Positions 1-9,487 of a DNA stretch of 63,546 bases are shown here, piece after piece. Source of the DNA: an uncultured Dehalococcoidia bacterium (GTDB taxonomy: Bacteria > Chloroflexota > Dehalococcoidia > Lucifugimonadales > UBA3495); assembly GCA_950072105.1 (NCBI GenBank), contig CATMOE010000013.1:1-63546 (forward strand), read 5' to 3'. The translations under genes and the position numbers were made by a program. Under the pieces are notes generated by a model. The model saw only the letters and a program-made list of their open reading frames with translations, was not told the DNA's origin and did no database searches. The first letter of the stretch is position 1. Each line of letters begins with the position of its first letter.

Positions 1-276
1 GAAGTACGAGGAAGTCTACCTGAAAGCCTACTCCAACGGACGAGAGGCCAAGGCTGGCCTCGACGGTTACTTTCATTTCTACAACAACCAACGGCCCCAC
101 CAGGCCTTGGGCTACCGGACACCGGCTGAGGTGTTCAACGGAGATTCGGTGCAATCGACAGAACACCCAACAGGGGGGAGATGGTCACCAAACAGAGCAT
201 TGGTAAACCTTGGAAACACGGCGGGACTCTCACTTAATAATGCCCCAATCCTGTCCTACTGATGGGGTCCACCTTA
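1..276 (+). mobile_element. IS3-family insertion sequence, right end (OrfB integrase C-terminus plus right inverted repeat)
   Basis: Frame from nt 2 reads KYEEVYLKAY...YFHFYNNQRPHQALGYRTPAEVF, the typical IS3 OrfB C-terminus, with stop at 260-262. The terminus ...GGGGTCCACCTTA (276) is the inverse of the end found at 63413. Confidence 0.9.
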
Positions 277-1317
277 TTTAGCGAACTCTTCTCTGTGATC
301 AGGGAGGTCTATAGAGAAACTATCTAAGAACTTGACGACTTCTTCTTGCGAGCACTTTCGAGCCACCAAGACATAGTTCATGTATGCGATGCAAATCCCC
401 TTTGGCAGCCGAATATGCGAACCATCAGCTAACACTTCCTTGGCTAAAGCCACGATGATGTCACCAAGCTCGTCTAGAGATACCTCGACCTCACCGATGG
501 TCTTTAGCCCAACATATCCCAACTCCCCGATTTCATCTATCTCTCCAGCGGATACCTCAATTGCGGCCCCCGTATCGGAGGCAATCTGATCATCAAGCTC
601 AGTCACCTTTTGGCTTCCACTTATGAACGCCGAGAGAGACGCTTTGTCTATCAGTACCGACGAGGATGCATCACTGAGCCGTCTCGGCAAGTCGTGTTCA
701 TATTCCTTTAGCACATCTCTTATACCCTCGAACTCGCTGTCTGCTATTTCCAGCAGGCCAGCTAAGCGAGAGAAACGTCTGCGAATATCTCTCGGTACAG
801 CCTGTTCACTCTTGTATCCGAGATCGTGTTCTATTTCTGCCCAAGCATGCTGCAGGATCGACCGTATCTGAATCTCTACGACACAATCTACGTAGCGACG
901 GTATTCGGTCAACTGCATTCTTGTATCTGAAATAGTAGCTACATAGTGCAAAGAGATATAGCCGAATTTATCAGGGTCTAATTGCAAATTTTTATCAACA
1001 GAATTCGCCAAATCAATCGCAAATTCTGACTCTATCACCTTCGCTACCTCATATACGTCGTCGGCGTAGTGAGTAATTATCCGGACGCCACATATGTCTG
1101 TCACATGTATCAGTTCAGAGTAGTTGGCTCCGGAACGGCGAAGTTTCCGCTCCAGACTCGGTCTCTCTTTCACCCGTGATTCAATAGAGTGGACTTTGAT
1201 GTTGTTCTCTTCCAGAAGTTCTGCGACTAGCTCCTTCATCTTGTCTACATATCCTTCGAACAAAGGGAGCTTAGTCTCGAAATCCTGAACCATGGCTTGA
1301 ACCGAATCTGTGCTCAC
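274..1317 (-). CDS. RelA/SpoT-domain small alarmone synthetase-like protein (GTP pyrophosphokinase family), probably truncated at the C-terminus by the IS
   Basis: Motifs SRVK, DICGVRII, GYISLHY and EIQIRSILQHAWAEIEHDLGYK. Its stop codon (274-276) is the last 3 nt of the IS end. Visibly AT-richer than its neighbours. Confidence 0.88.
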   Translation of the reverse strand: MSTDSVQAMVQDFETKLPLFEGYVDKMKELVAELLEENNIKVHSIESRVKERPSLERKLRRSGANYSELIHVTDICGVRIITHYADDVYEVAKVIESEFAIDLANSVDKNLQLDPDKFGYISLHYVATISDTRMQLTEYRRYVDCVVEIQIRSILQHAWAEIEHDLGYKSEQAVPRDIRRRFSRLAGLLEIADSEFEGIRDVLKEYEHDLPRRLSDASSSVLIDKASLSAFISGSQKVTELDDQIASDTGAAIEVSAGEIDEIGELGYVGLKTIGEVEVSLDELGDIIVALAKEVLADGSHIRLPKGICIAYMNYVLVARKCSQEEVVKFLDSFSIDLPDHREEFAK

Positions 1318-1392
1318 ATCGTCCTCCGCTGGGTGCGCACCAATCTGGATACGTTTCCACGTCCGCCGTCGGCAGACCTAGGGAAGCTCGCA

Positions 1393-2550
1393 TTAGATCC
1401 TGCCCGGGTTCTTCAGTTCCAGGCCCAATCTAACCCGGCCGTACTCCTCTGCCTGGGTCTCCCAGTGGATGCCGAAGTGGTGGGAGGCGGCGTGGGCGTC
1501 GCGGTGGAAGCGCTGCATCGGGTTGGAGTTGAACAGCACGTGACCGCCGCTGGCCTCGAACAAGCGGTCCACGGCTCGAACGGCAAGTTTGGCCATGTAG
1601 GCCTGATTCCGGCGGCATCGGGCCCGCTGGCTGAGTGAAGGCATCTCACCTCGTCTAGCTTGGCCGAACACCTCTTCGCCGTCGTATTTCATGATCAGGC
1701 GGGCACAGTGGACCTCCGCTTCAGCCTCGGACAAACGGATATGGACCGACGGATTCTCGCCCAACTTATCTCCGGTGGTGTAGGTCACCCGTCCCATCAC
1801 CTGCTCCTCAAAGGTATCCACCGCTCCCTGGGCCATTCCCAACACCGGCGCCGCTAGGGTGTAGGAAAGCATGGTGGTGTGGGGAATGAGGTAGTTGCAA
1901 CTTCCGTGAATACTGCGTCCCGGAGATTGCCCGGCCCGCAGGTCTGCCACGTTCACCGCCCGATACTCGGGAATGAAGGCTTCCTCTATCACGATGTCCT
2001 TGCTGCCGGTGCCCCGCAGGCCGGAAACGAACCAGGTGTCCTCGATGGTGTAGTCGCGCCGCGGCACCAAGAACCATCGCAGGCCCTCGGCTGCGACGCC
2101 GCCCAGCATGGCCCACTCGGCGGCGTCGCAGCCGCTGGAAAAATCCCAACGTCCGCCGAGCTTGTAGCCTCCCTTGGCCGGGGTTACCTTGGCCCTCGTG
2201 GGATTGAAGGAGGTGGACGACAGCACGTCCGCCGAATCGGCCCAGTACTCCTCTTGAGCTTTCTCCGGGTACATTCCTACCAGCCAGTTGTGGCTGGCCC
2301 ATATGGAGTAACACCAAGAACTCGACCCACAACCCCGCCCCAACTCGGCGGCGATGTCCAGCACCACGGGATAGTCGATCTCATATCCGCCGAACCGCGC
2401 CGGCTGAGACGCCCGCAAGATGCCGGAAGCATGAAAGTCGTCTATGGTATCTTGGGGGATTTGGCGCAGTTCTTCGGTGTGGGCCGCTCGCTCTCGCAGC
2501 GCCGGGACCAGACCCGCCGCCCGATGCAGCAGTTCGTCTCGGTCCACCAT
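1393..2550 (-). CDS. Flavin-dependent hydroxylase, acyl-CoA dehydrogenase fold (HsaA/C2-type oxygenase component)
   Basis: Motifs QPARFGG, GRWDFSSGCD, W..SGLRGTGS and QRFHRDAHAASHH. Confidence 0.88.
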   Translation of the reverse strand: MVDRDELLHRAAGLVPALRERAAHTEELRQIPQDTIDDFHASGILRASQPARFGGYEIDYPVVLDIAAELGRGCGSSSWCYSIWASHNWLVGMYPEKAQEEYWADSADVLSSTSFNPTRAKVTPAKGGYKLGGRWDFSSGCDAAEWAMLGGVAAEGLRWFLVPRRDYTIEDTWFVSGLRGTGSKDIVIEEAFIPEYRAVNVADLRAGQSPGRSIHGSCNYLIPHTTMLSYTLAAPVLGMAQGAVDTFEEQVMGRVTYTTGDKLGENPSVHIRLSEAEAEVHCARLIMKYDGEEVFGQARRGEMPSLSQRARCRRNQAYMAKLAVRAVDRLFEASGGHVLFNSNPMQRFHRDAHAASHHFGIHWETQAEEYGRVRLGLELKNPGRI

Positions 2551-2730
2551 CGTGTCACCTCCAAGTGCTAAAGCCCGCCGAATCGTCTACAATTAGCAAA
2601 CGGTCAGAGCCGTTAAACGCGGGCACGCGGAAGCCGGCGCCGGTAAAGCCGGATACGCCTGATCGCATTAGAATCATACCCACACTCGAAACGGTTTACA
2701 ATCGAACCAGATCGACTGGGCATCAGGTGG

Positions 2731-3651
2731 TTGGGCAGATTGAGCGAGACCGGAAAACGTCTAAATAGGTTCCTTGAAAGGCTGACCAGCGGGAAAGTGC
2801 TGGTCTCCGATGGCGCCACCGGGACTTACCTCCAGTCCCACGGCCTGGAACCCGGCGCTTGCCCCGAAGAGTTCAACGCTAGCCATCCTGAGGTGATTCA
2901 AGGAATGGCGAGAGCCTACTTCGACGCCGGTTCCGAAATGGTCTTGACCAACTCTTTCGGAGCGAACCGGTTCATGTTGGCCAAGTACGGCTACGGGGAC
3001 CGGGTGGCCGAGTTCAACCGTTTGGCGGCGGAGCATGCCCGGAGTCAAGCGCCGGCCGGCGGCTTCGTCATCGGCTCGGTGGGCCCGTCTGGAGAATTTC
3101 TCCAACCCTTGGGCGAAGTATCAGAGCCGGAGATGCTGGACGCCTTTACCGAGCAGATGTTGGCGTTGGAGGAAGGCGGGGCCGACGGTGTGGTGATCGA
3201 AACCATGACGGCGCTGGAAGAGGCTCGATTAGCCATTCAAGCGGCCAAAGAAAACACCGGTTTGGCGGTGATCGCCACGATGGTATTCGACAAAGGGCCA
3301 AGGGGGTTCTTCACCATGATGGGAGTTACTCCGGAACAGGCGGTGGAGGGGCTGCTAGACGCCGGCGCCGACGTGGTGGGCTCAAACTGTGGCAACGGCA
3401 TCGACATCATGCTGGAGGTTGCCGCGGCGATGCGGGAAGCAACCAGCGCCCCATTGTTGATCCACTCCAACGCGGGGATCCCGACGCTGCAAAAAGGCGA
3501 GATCGTCTATCCCGAATCCTCGGAGTTCATGGCAGATCGATTCAAGGCACTGGCCGAGATGGGCGTCAACATCGTCGGAGGTTGCTGTGGGACGGGACCG
3601 GAACACATTCGGGCGTTGAAGACGTCGGTGGCAAGCCTGGTGCGGCCGTGA
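2731..3651 (+). CDS. Homocysteine S-methyltransferase family protein (stand-alone Hcy-binding module)
   Basis: DGATGT, TNSFG and ETM motifs; Zn ligands GSNC and GGCCG. Exact start codon uncertain. Confidence 0.9.
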   Translation: MGRLSETGKRLNRFLERLTSGKVLVSDGATGTYLQSHGLEPGACPEEFNASHPEVIQGMARAYFDAGSEMVLTNSFGANRFMLAKYGYGDRVAEFNRLAAEHARSQAPAGGFVIGSVGPSGEFLQPLGEVSEPEMLDAFTEQMLALEEGGADGVVIETMTALEEARLAIQAAKENTGLAVIATMVFDKGPRGFFTMMGVTPEQAVEGLLDAGADVVGSNCGNGIDIMLEVAAAMREATSAPLLIHSNAGIPTLQKGEIVYPESSEFMADRFKALAEMGVNIVGGCCGTGPEHIRALKTSVASLVRP

Positions 3652-4316
3652 CCAGCGCCAGCCGCCCCAGCGTGGCTCAAGTGATTGATGAGTACGGTAA
3701 GTGCCTGGAATTGGTGTCCATGGACCCCCATTTCCACGACATCAGCGTCGGCCTGTATCTGAAAGACGGCGTCTGCACCCTTTGGAGCTTCAGTAACAAA
3801 CCTGGCTTGGAGGAAAGGATCGCCGCTATCCGCGACCAATTCGTTGCTCTGGGCGGACTGACGCCGATAGAAGACACCCACGACAAGATCAGATTCCTTT
3901 GTGGCGACTTGCATCTACGGGCACTTAGATTCCTGCTGGCTCAGGCAGTGGGCAAAAGTCCGGACTTTTCCCCGGAGGGCGACGGCCTATCCATCCGGGA
4001 CACAAAAACCAAGCTCACTCTGAGCGTCGCGGGCCAAGAATCGGCGGGCCGTTGCGTTTACGAGATCTCGGCCACCGGCGAGGCTCCCAGCATCCCCGCC
4101 AGGTTGCGTTTGGTGGTGGCCGGGTTCGTGCGGTACGGCGAGATGGAAAATGTGGGCGACGCGGAAGTAGCGTTTCCCTGCGGCCAACGCCACGACCGTC
4201 TCATGGGAATACTGATGCCCTATTCACGAAACATCAGCGCCGTGGAAAACATGATGGAAGCGGATGCTATGCGAGGTCAGATGACCACCAGCACCCTGGG
4301 CTTCTCGGCCACCTAG
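3648..4316 (+). CDS. Hypothetical protein with two F-x-C-G-x-x-H repeats, translationally coupled to the Hcy methyltransferase
   Basis: GTG at 3648 overlaps the upstream TGA (GTGA). Contains FLCGDLH and FPCGQRH. Confidence 0.75.
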   Translation: MTSASRPSVAQVIDEYGKCLELVSMDPHFHDISVGLYLKDGVCTLWSFSNKPGLEERIAAIRDQFVALGGLTPIEDTHDKIRFLCGDLHLRALRFLLAQAVGKSPDFSPEGDGLSIRDTKTKLTLSVAGQESAGRCVYEISATGEAPSIPARLRLVVAGFVRYGEMENVGDAEVAFPCGQRHDRLMGILMPYSRNISAVENMMEADAMRGQMTTSTLGFSAT

Positions 4317-4345
4317 ACCCGGTATGGAATGTGCATTAAAATCTT

Positions 4346-4408
4346 CCGTTCGCCCTGAGCGTGTCGAAGGTCGGTGCGCCGGTGGTTCGACAAGCTCACC
4401 ACGAACGG
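4346..4408. repeat. REP/MITE-like palindromic element, family A
   Basis: CCGTTCGCCCTGAGC.TGTCGAAGG ... TGGTTCGACAAGCTCACCACGAACGG inverted arms; related copies at 5515, 43439 and 60053. Confidence 0.8.
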
Positions 4409-4462
4409 GGTTGGTGGCACAGATTACGCTGACTAATGGCCGTATTTACTAGAGGAGATGCC

Positions 4463-5497
4463 ATGGCATTTGTTGAAACCATGACCCCCCGGCAACGGGT
4501 GATGAACGCCCTGGCGATGCAGCCGGTGGACCGCACCCCCGTGGCAAATCCCACCAACGTCGCCACCGTGGACCTGATGGACTTGACCGACGCGCCGTTC
4601 CCCGACGCTTGCCGCGACCCGGAATTGGCCGCCCGGCTGGCCGCCACGGGCCACACCGAACTGGGCTTCGATTCTGTTATGCCCTACTTCACCATCATCC
4701 AGGAGTCTTCGGCCCTGGGCTGCGACATGCAATGGGAAGACAAGGACAATTGGCCCACGGTACGGATGGCCAATCCGATATGGAAGGGGTTGGAAGACAT
4801 CCACATACCGCCTGGGTTCCTGGAACACCGGGACAATCTGGCCATCACCAAGTCGATAGAGCTGCTCAAGCAAGAGTTCGGCGACCGGGTGGCGGTCATC
4901 GGCAAGACCATGGGTCCATGGACCCTGGCCTACCACGTTTTCGGGGTGGAGAACTTCCTCCTGATGACCGTCGACGACCCGGACATGGTGCTGCGGTCCA
5001 TGCACAAGCTGAAAGAGATATCGGTGCTGTTCGGCGAGGCTCAGATAGCGGCGGGGGCCGACGCTCTAACTTTCCCGGACCATGCCACCGGCGACCTGGT
5101 AAGCGGCGAGTACTACCGTAAGTTCTTGATGGAGATTCATCAGGAGATGGCCGAGCGTCTCAAAGTGCCATTGATCCTGCACATCTGCGGCAACACCCTG
5201 GACCGCATGGACTACATCGCCCAGACCGGCATGTCCAGCTTCCATTTCGACTCCAAGAATGACCCCCAGCAGGCCATGGATATCGTCAACGGACGCATCG
5301 GCTTGGTTGGCAACATCAACAACCCGGAAACCCTGTACGCCCGCGGCCCGGAGGAGGTCCGGCAGGAAGTGTTCCGGTGCCTGGACGCCGGAGTGCAGAT
5401 GATTGCCCCCGAATGCGCCGTGCCCTTGGCCACCAAACTAGAAAACCTGATCGAGATTCCCCGCGCGGTCAAGGCTTGGACCGAGGAGCACAGCTAG
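4463..5497 (+). CDS. MtaA/CmuA-family methylcobamide methyltransferase (MT2, UroD fold)
   Basis: TPRQRV..AL N-terminus, GPWTLA, Zn motif HICG, GNI and distal PECAV. AGAGGAG RBS precedes ATG 4463. Confidence 0.88.
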   Translation: MAFVETMTPRQRVMNALAMQPVDRTPVANPTNVATVDLMDLTDAPFPDACRDPELAARLAATGHTELGFDSVMPYFTIIQESSALGCDMQWEDKDNWPTVRMANPIWKGLEDIHIPPGFLEHRDNLAITKSIELLKQEFGDRVAVIGKTMGPWTLAYHVFGVENFLLMTVDDPDMVLRSMHKLKEISVLFGEAQIAAGADALTFPDHATGDLVSGEYYRKFLMEIHQEMAERLKVPLILHICGNTLDRMDYIAQTGMSSFHFDSKNDPQQAMDIVNGRIGLVGNINNPETLYARGPEEVRQEVFRCLDAGVQMIAPECAVPLATKLENLIEIPRAVKAWTEEHS

Positions 5498-5514
5498 GAC
5501 GGTGTCGCAAGCGG

Positions 5515-5581
5515 TGGTTCGACGAGCTCACCACGAACGGTAGGGCACCCTCCATTCCGTTCGTCCTGAGCCTGTCGAAGG
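5515..5581. repeat. REP/MITE-like palindromic element, family A (arms in swapped order)
   Basis: TGGTTCGACGAGCTCACCACGAACGG ... CCGTTCGTCCTGAGCCTGTCGAAGG. Confidence 0.8.
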
Positions 5582-5636
5582 ACCCGGCTTCCGAATCTCA
5601 AGATACCCTCTTGAAACCCTGAATGGAGAACGCAAC

Positions 5637-6398
5637 GTGACCATAGTTAACGATGGCTTGGAGCAGGAGTTAGGCCACGTGTCCAACCCGGCCGAGCTTA
5701 GACATATCCGGGGCCTGTTTGACGAATCGGACGCCCTGATGCAGCAGATCGCCTATGACCTGATAACCGGCCAAAACGTTGAGGTTGACCGTCTCACTCA
5801 GGAGGCCCTTGGCCAAGGCTATTCCGCGGAGACCATCCTGGACAACGGCCTTATTGCCGGCATGGCGGTGGTGGGGATCAAGTTCCGGGATAACATCATA
5901 TTCGTGCCGGAAGTTTTGGTAGCCGCCCGGGCCATGAAGGCCGGCATGGTCTACCTAGACCCGATCCTCTCCGCATCCGGCATCGAACCCCTAGGCATCG
6001 TGGTCATGGGAACGGTCAAAGGAGACCTGCACGACATAGGCAAGAACCTGTGCATCATGATGCTTCGCGGCTCCGGGTTCACCGTCCACGACCTGGGGGT
6101 GGACACCAAACCCGAAGAATTTATAGATGCCGTCTTGGAGCACGGCGCTCAAGTGCTGGGCATGTCGGCCCTGCTCACCACCACCATGCCCAACATGGGC
6201 CGGACCATCCAGGCGTTTGAGGACGCTGGAATGCGCGACGAAGTCAGGATAATGGTGGGCGGCGCCCCCCTGAATCAGGAATTCGCCGACGACATGGGCT
6301 CCGACGGCTACGGTAAGGACGCCATGGACTGTGTAACACTGGCCAAACGATTGTTGGGCCTGGAAGAGATTCCCAAAGCGGCGCCGGCGGCGACCTGA
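5637..6398 (+). CDS. Corrinoid (B12-binding) methyl-carrier protein
   Basis: Cap domain FVPEVLVAARAM; DLHDIGKN cobalamin motif; SALLTTTM and VGGAP. Confidence 0.95.
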   Translation: MTIVNDGLEQELGHVSNPAELRHIRGLFDESDALMQQIAYDLITGQNVEVDRLTQEALGQGYSAETILDNGLIAGMAVVGIKFRDNIIFVPEVLVAARAMKAGMVYLDPILSASGIEPLGIVVMGTVKGDLHDIGKNLCIMMLRGSGFTVHDLGVDTKPEEFIDAVLEHGAQVLGMSALLTTTMPNMGRTIQAFEDAGMRDEVRIMVGGAPLNQEFADDMGSDGYGKDAMDCVTLAKRLLGLEEIPKAAPAAT

Positions 6399-6410
6399 GG
6401 AATCGGACCT

Positions 6411-6668
6411 GTGGAAAATAGCGTAGACAAAGCCCGTGTCCAGGCCAGCATGGCCCGGCTGCAGGACATCCTGAAGGGGATCGGGGAAACCGCCAACGAG
6501 GTTTCAACCTGGCGATGCCCCTACAAGAACGCTCAAGACCTGTGCACCGCCAATTTTGGCTGCCGCAACCAGTCCCACCCACCCGCCGGGGACGACTTGC
6601 CGGTCTGTCTGGGCAGCGACGATCTAGATTATCTCGAAGCCTGGGAAGCCGAAAAAACACCGGAATAA
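6411..6668 (+). CDS. Small 4-Cys protein in the corrinoid cluster
   Basis: 85 aa with WRCPYKN..DLCTANFGCRNQ...VC; GAGGA RBS; begins 12 nt after the corrinoid gene. Confidence 0.7.
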   Translation: MENSVDKARVQASMARLQDILKGIGETANEVSTWRCPYKNAQDLCTANFGCRNQSHPPAGDDLPVCLGSDDLDYLEAWEAEKTPE

Positions 6669-6739
6669 CGCTCCTCACGCAACTCCTCATACCAACGTCC
6701 GATCATCAAGCACCCCCGGTCCGCGAACTTGCCCGACAC

Positions 6740-6882
6740 TGTCACTCCGATCCTTCGGCGGAAGGAGAGGAGTCTCATACCTGGTTGTAGCAGTCACCTA
6801 AGATTCCTCGCCGCCCTTCCGCCGAAGGGCTGGTGTCGGAGCGCGGCCGAAGGTTGTCAATTCTATTTTCGGAGCAATGACA
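6740..6882. repeat. Palindromic REP/MITE-like element, family D
   Basis: TGTCACTCCGA...TCGGAGCAATGACA ends and an internal CCTTCGGCGGAAGG inverted pair; similar in style to 12466-12538 and 53494-53576. Confidence 0.6.
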
Positions 6883-6931
6883 TTGGCGATGCAGCGGCAA
6901 GCCCTCCGATTCACGATGCTACAATACCGCC

Positions 6932-8569
6932 ATGTCTCCCCTACATCACTCCGGCCAAGTCATTGAGCTAACCGCCGGACGCACGATATTCGACTACGCC
7001 GACGAAGTTAGAGTCAGGGTACCCACCTCCTGCGGCAGGGTGGGCGATTGCCACGAATGCATCGTGGAGATCAGGCGGGGCATGGAGGGTCTGAGTCCTC
7101 CCAGCAAGGCCGAATCTTTCCTGAGCGGCAACTACCGGCTGGCCTGCCAGGCATCTATCGCCGACTCCGGCGCAGACGTCGAGTTCGCTCCCTTGCGCCG
7201 CCAGCCGAGAATCCTCACCCATTCCGTCCATCGCGACATCGACCCGGACCCTCTGACAGTGCGTGAGGGAGATTCCGTCTTGTTCAACGGCCGCCAGACC
7301 GGCCGCTATCAGGGCAGCATCTATGGGTTGGCCATAGACGTCGGCACCACCACTGTGGCGATGAATCTGGTGGACTTGGAATCCGGCGCCACCATACACA
7401 CCGCGTCCTTCGAAAACCCTCAAAAGTTCGGCGGCAGCGACGTAATGAACCGCATCGCCTACGACGGCGGCCCAAACCGGGGCGAGTTGCGGCAGGTGAT
7501 GTTGTCCGCCATAAATTTTGAGATCGGGGAGATGGCCCGCAGTCTAGGGTTCCACCGCCGCCGCATCTACGAAGTCGTCGTGGTGGCCAATTCCACCATG
7601 CGGGACCTGCTGTTTGGCCTTGACGTGCAATCCATCGGCGAGAGACCCTACCAGTCTTCAACCGAGATAGAGCTCCACCAGGGCAAGCGGGCCACCACCG
7701 CCCTAAACGTGCGCGCGGGAGACCTGGACCTGCGGGTACACCCCGACGCCAATGTTTACGGCGGTCCTTTGATCGGCTGTCATGTCGGAGCGGACGTCGC
7801 CGCCGACCTCCTGGCCGTGGGCATGGACCAGACTGACGATGTGGTGATGCTGGTGGACGTGGGCACCAATACCGAAGTGGTCATCGGCAATCGACACCGC
7901 ATGATGGCCGCGTCCTGCCCAGCGGGTCCGGCATTTGAAGGCGGACAGATCACGTTCGGAATGCCCAGTTACGACGGCGCCGTGGAGTCGGTGGAATTGG
8001 TGAACGGCCGCGCCGACTGCCGGACTATTGGCGGGGTTGAACCTCGGGGGATCTGCGGCTCGGGGTTGGTGGACTTGTTGGCCCAACTGAGGTCCGGCGG
8101 CCAGATGAACCATTTAGGCGCGTTTCTCGACGGCGGAAACGAGTTTTTCTTCGCGCCGGAACAAGGCATGTCGCTTACACGCGCCGACATCAGCGCCCTA
8201 GCCCAGGCCAAGTCGGCCAACTATTCGGGCCAGTACATCGTCTTGAGAAACTACGGAGCACCCCTGGAGGAGATCAGCCAGCTGTATCTGGCGGGCGCCT
8301 TCGCTAACCACATCAACGTGGACAACGCGATGCAGATCGGCTTCATCGCCGATTTTCCTCCCGGCAAGATAACCAAGATGGGCAACGCGTCGCTGGAGGG
8401 GGCCACTCTGATGCTCATCTCCGGCAAGATGCGGCAGACGGCCGAGGAGTTGGTGCGGCGTGTAGAGCACGTCGAATTGGAGTCTACGCCTGACTTTTTC
8501 GACATCTTCGTGGAGGGCTGCATGTTTAATCCGATGGCCCGGACCTTTGAGTCGCCGAACGAGGGGTAG
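6932..8569 (+). CDS. ASKHA-domain reductive activator of corrinoid proteins (RACo/DUF4445) with N-terminal 2Fe-2S ferredoxin
   Basis: CGRVGDCHEC...RLACQ; DVGTTT; DVGTNTE; AGPAFEG; GICGSG; LAGAF. Confidence 0.93.
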   Translation: MSPLHHSGQVIELTAGRTIFDYADEVRVRVPTSCGRVGDCHECIVEIRRGMEGLSPPSKAESFLSGNYRLACQASIADSGADVEFAPLRRQPRILTHSVHRDIDPDPLTVREGDSVLFNGRQTGRYQGSIYGLAIDVGTTTVAMNLVDLESGATIHTASFENPQKFGGSDVMNRIAYDGGPNRGELRQVMLSAINFEIGEMARSLGFHRRRIYEVVVVANSTMRDLLFGLDVQSIGERPYQSSTEIELHQGKRATTALNVRAGDLDLRVHPDANVYGGPLIGCHVGADVAADLLAVGMDQTDDVVMLVDVGTNTEVVIGNRHRMMAASCPAGPAFEGGQITFGMPSYDGAVESVELVNGRADCRTIGGVEPRGICGSGLVDLLAQLRSGGQMNHLGAFLDGGNEFFFAPEQGMSLTRADISALAQAKSANYSGQYIVLRNYGAPLEEISQLYLAGAFANHINVDNAMQIGFIADFPPGKITKMGNASLEGATLMLISGKMRQTAEELVRRVEHVELESTPDFFDIFVEGCMFNPMARTFESPNEG

Positions 8570-8571
8570 CC

Positions 8572-9366
8572 ATGCAAGTTAACCCAATAGGGCCGTTCAC
8601 TCTCGGCAAGATTCTTTCAGAAACCATTCGCATGTACCGGCGTAACGCTTTAGGCTTCCTAGCGATTGCCGCCATTGTACAGATCCCCTTGAGCATGTTG
8701 ACGTGGCTCTTATTCAGATCGAACGAATTCCCGATGGAATTTCCGCCCCAGGAGATTCCAACCGCCTCAGTTTGGATCCGTTATATATTTAATTACCTGG
8801 CGAAATCGCTTCTTGTAGGGCTGGCATGGATCCTGATGCAGGGCGCCTTGATCCACGGGATATCCGAGCAATTCCTCTGGAGGCCGATACAGGTAGAAGT
8901 CGCGTATTACTCTTCCCTAAATAGATTTTTCCCAAGGCTTGATGCATTGATTCTCTCCGGGTTCGCTTTGCTCCTGATGTGGATAACCGTGCTTGGAATT
9001 CCTTTCGCCATACGATACGGGGGACTCTGGGTGTTCATCCTTCAAACCGCTTCAGTGGAGGAACTAGGACCCCGGGCAGCCATGTCTAGAAGCGCGGAGT
9101 TGGTTCGTGGCAGTTGGTCACGGGTCGCCTCGATCTTTTTCGTCGCGGGGATCTTGTTTGGAATCTTAGGCGTGATAATCGGCTTGCTGGTTGGCTTCAT
9201 CCCAGTTGCAGGGGCGACGATAGGCACGATTATCACGGCGCCATTTCTAATCATCGCCCACACAATTCTTTACTTTGACTTAAGAACCCAAAAAGACGAG
9301 GCGTTCAATCTGGAGGTTTTGGCCAGCGACCTCCGGATCGAGGTTGAAGAAAGTCCTGGATCCTGA
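8572..9366 (+). CDS. Integral membrane protein (GDPD membrane-anchor-like)
   Basis: Several hydrophobic helices; A..RS.ELVRG.W and LYFDLR motifs typical of this family. Confidence 0.7.
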   Translation: MQVNPIGPFTLGKILSETIRMYRRNALGFLAIAAIVQIPLSMLTWLLFRSNEFPMEFPPQEIPTASVWIRYIFNYLAKSLLVGLAWILMQGALIHGISEQFLWRPIQVEVAYYSSLNRFFPRLDALILSGFALLLMWITVLGIPFAIRYGGLWVFILQTASVEELGPRAAMSRSAELVRGSWSRVASIFFVAGILFGILGVIIGLLVGFIPVAGATIGTIITAPFLIIAHTILYFDLRTQKDEAFNLEVLASDLRIEVEESPGS

Positions 9367-9487
9367 CCCTAGCACCCCATCCTTTCTGCTGCGCTAAGTA
9401 CAGGCTCTAACTCCCCCCGTAAAGAGGGGATGGAAATCTCCTTCCCATTGCGAAGGAGGAGATTAGAGAGGAAGTCGCCCGGCTTCC

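Noticed and set aside
2731..8569. Pyrrolysine read-through in the methyltransferase cluster
   Set aside because: The TAG stops at 4316, 5497 and 8569 fall at natural protein ends followed by repeats or new genes, and there is no MttB/MtmB homolog or pyl gene.
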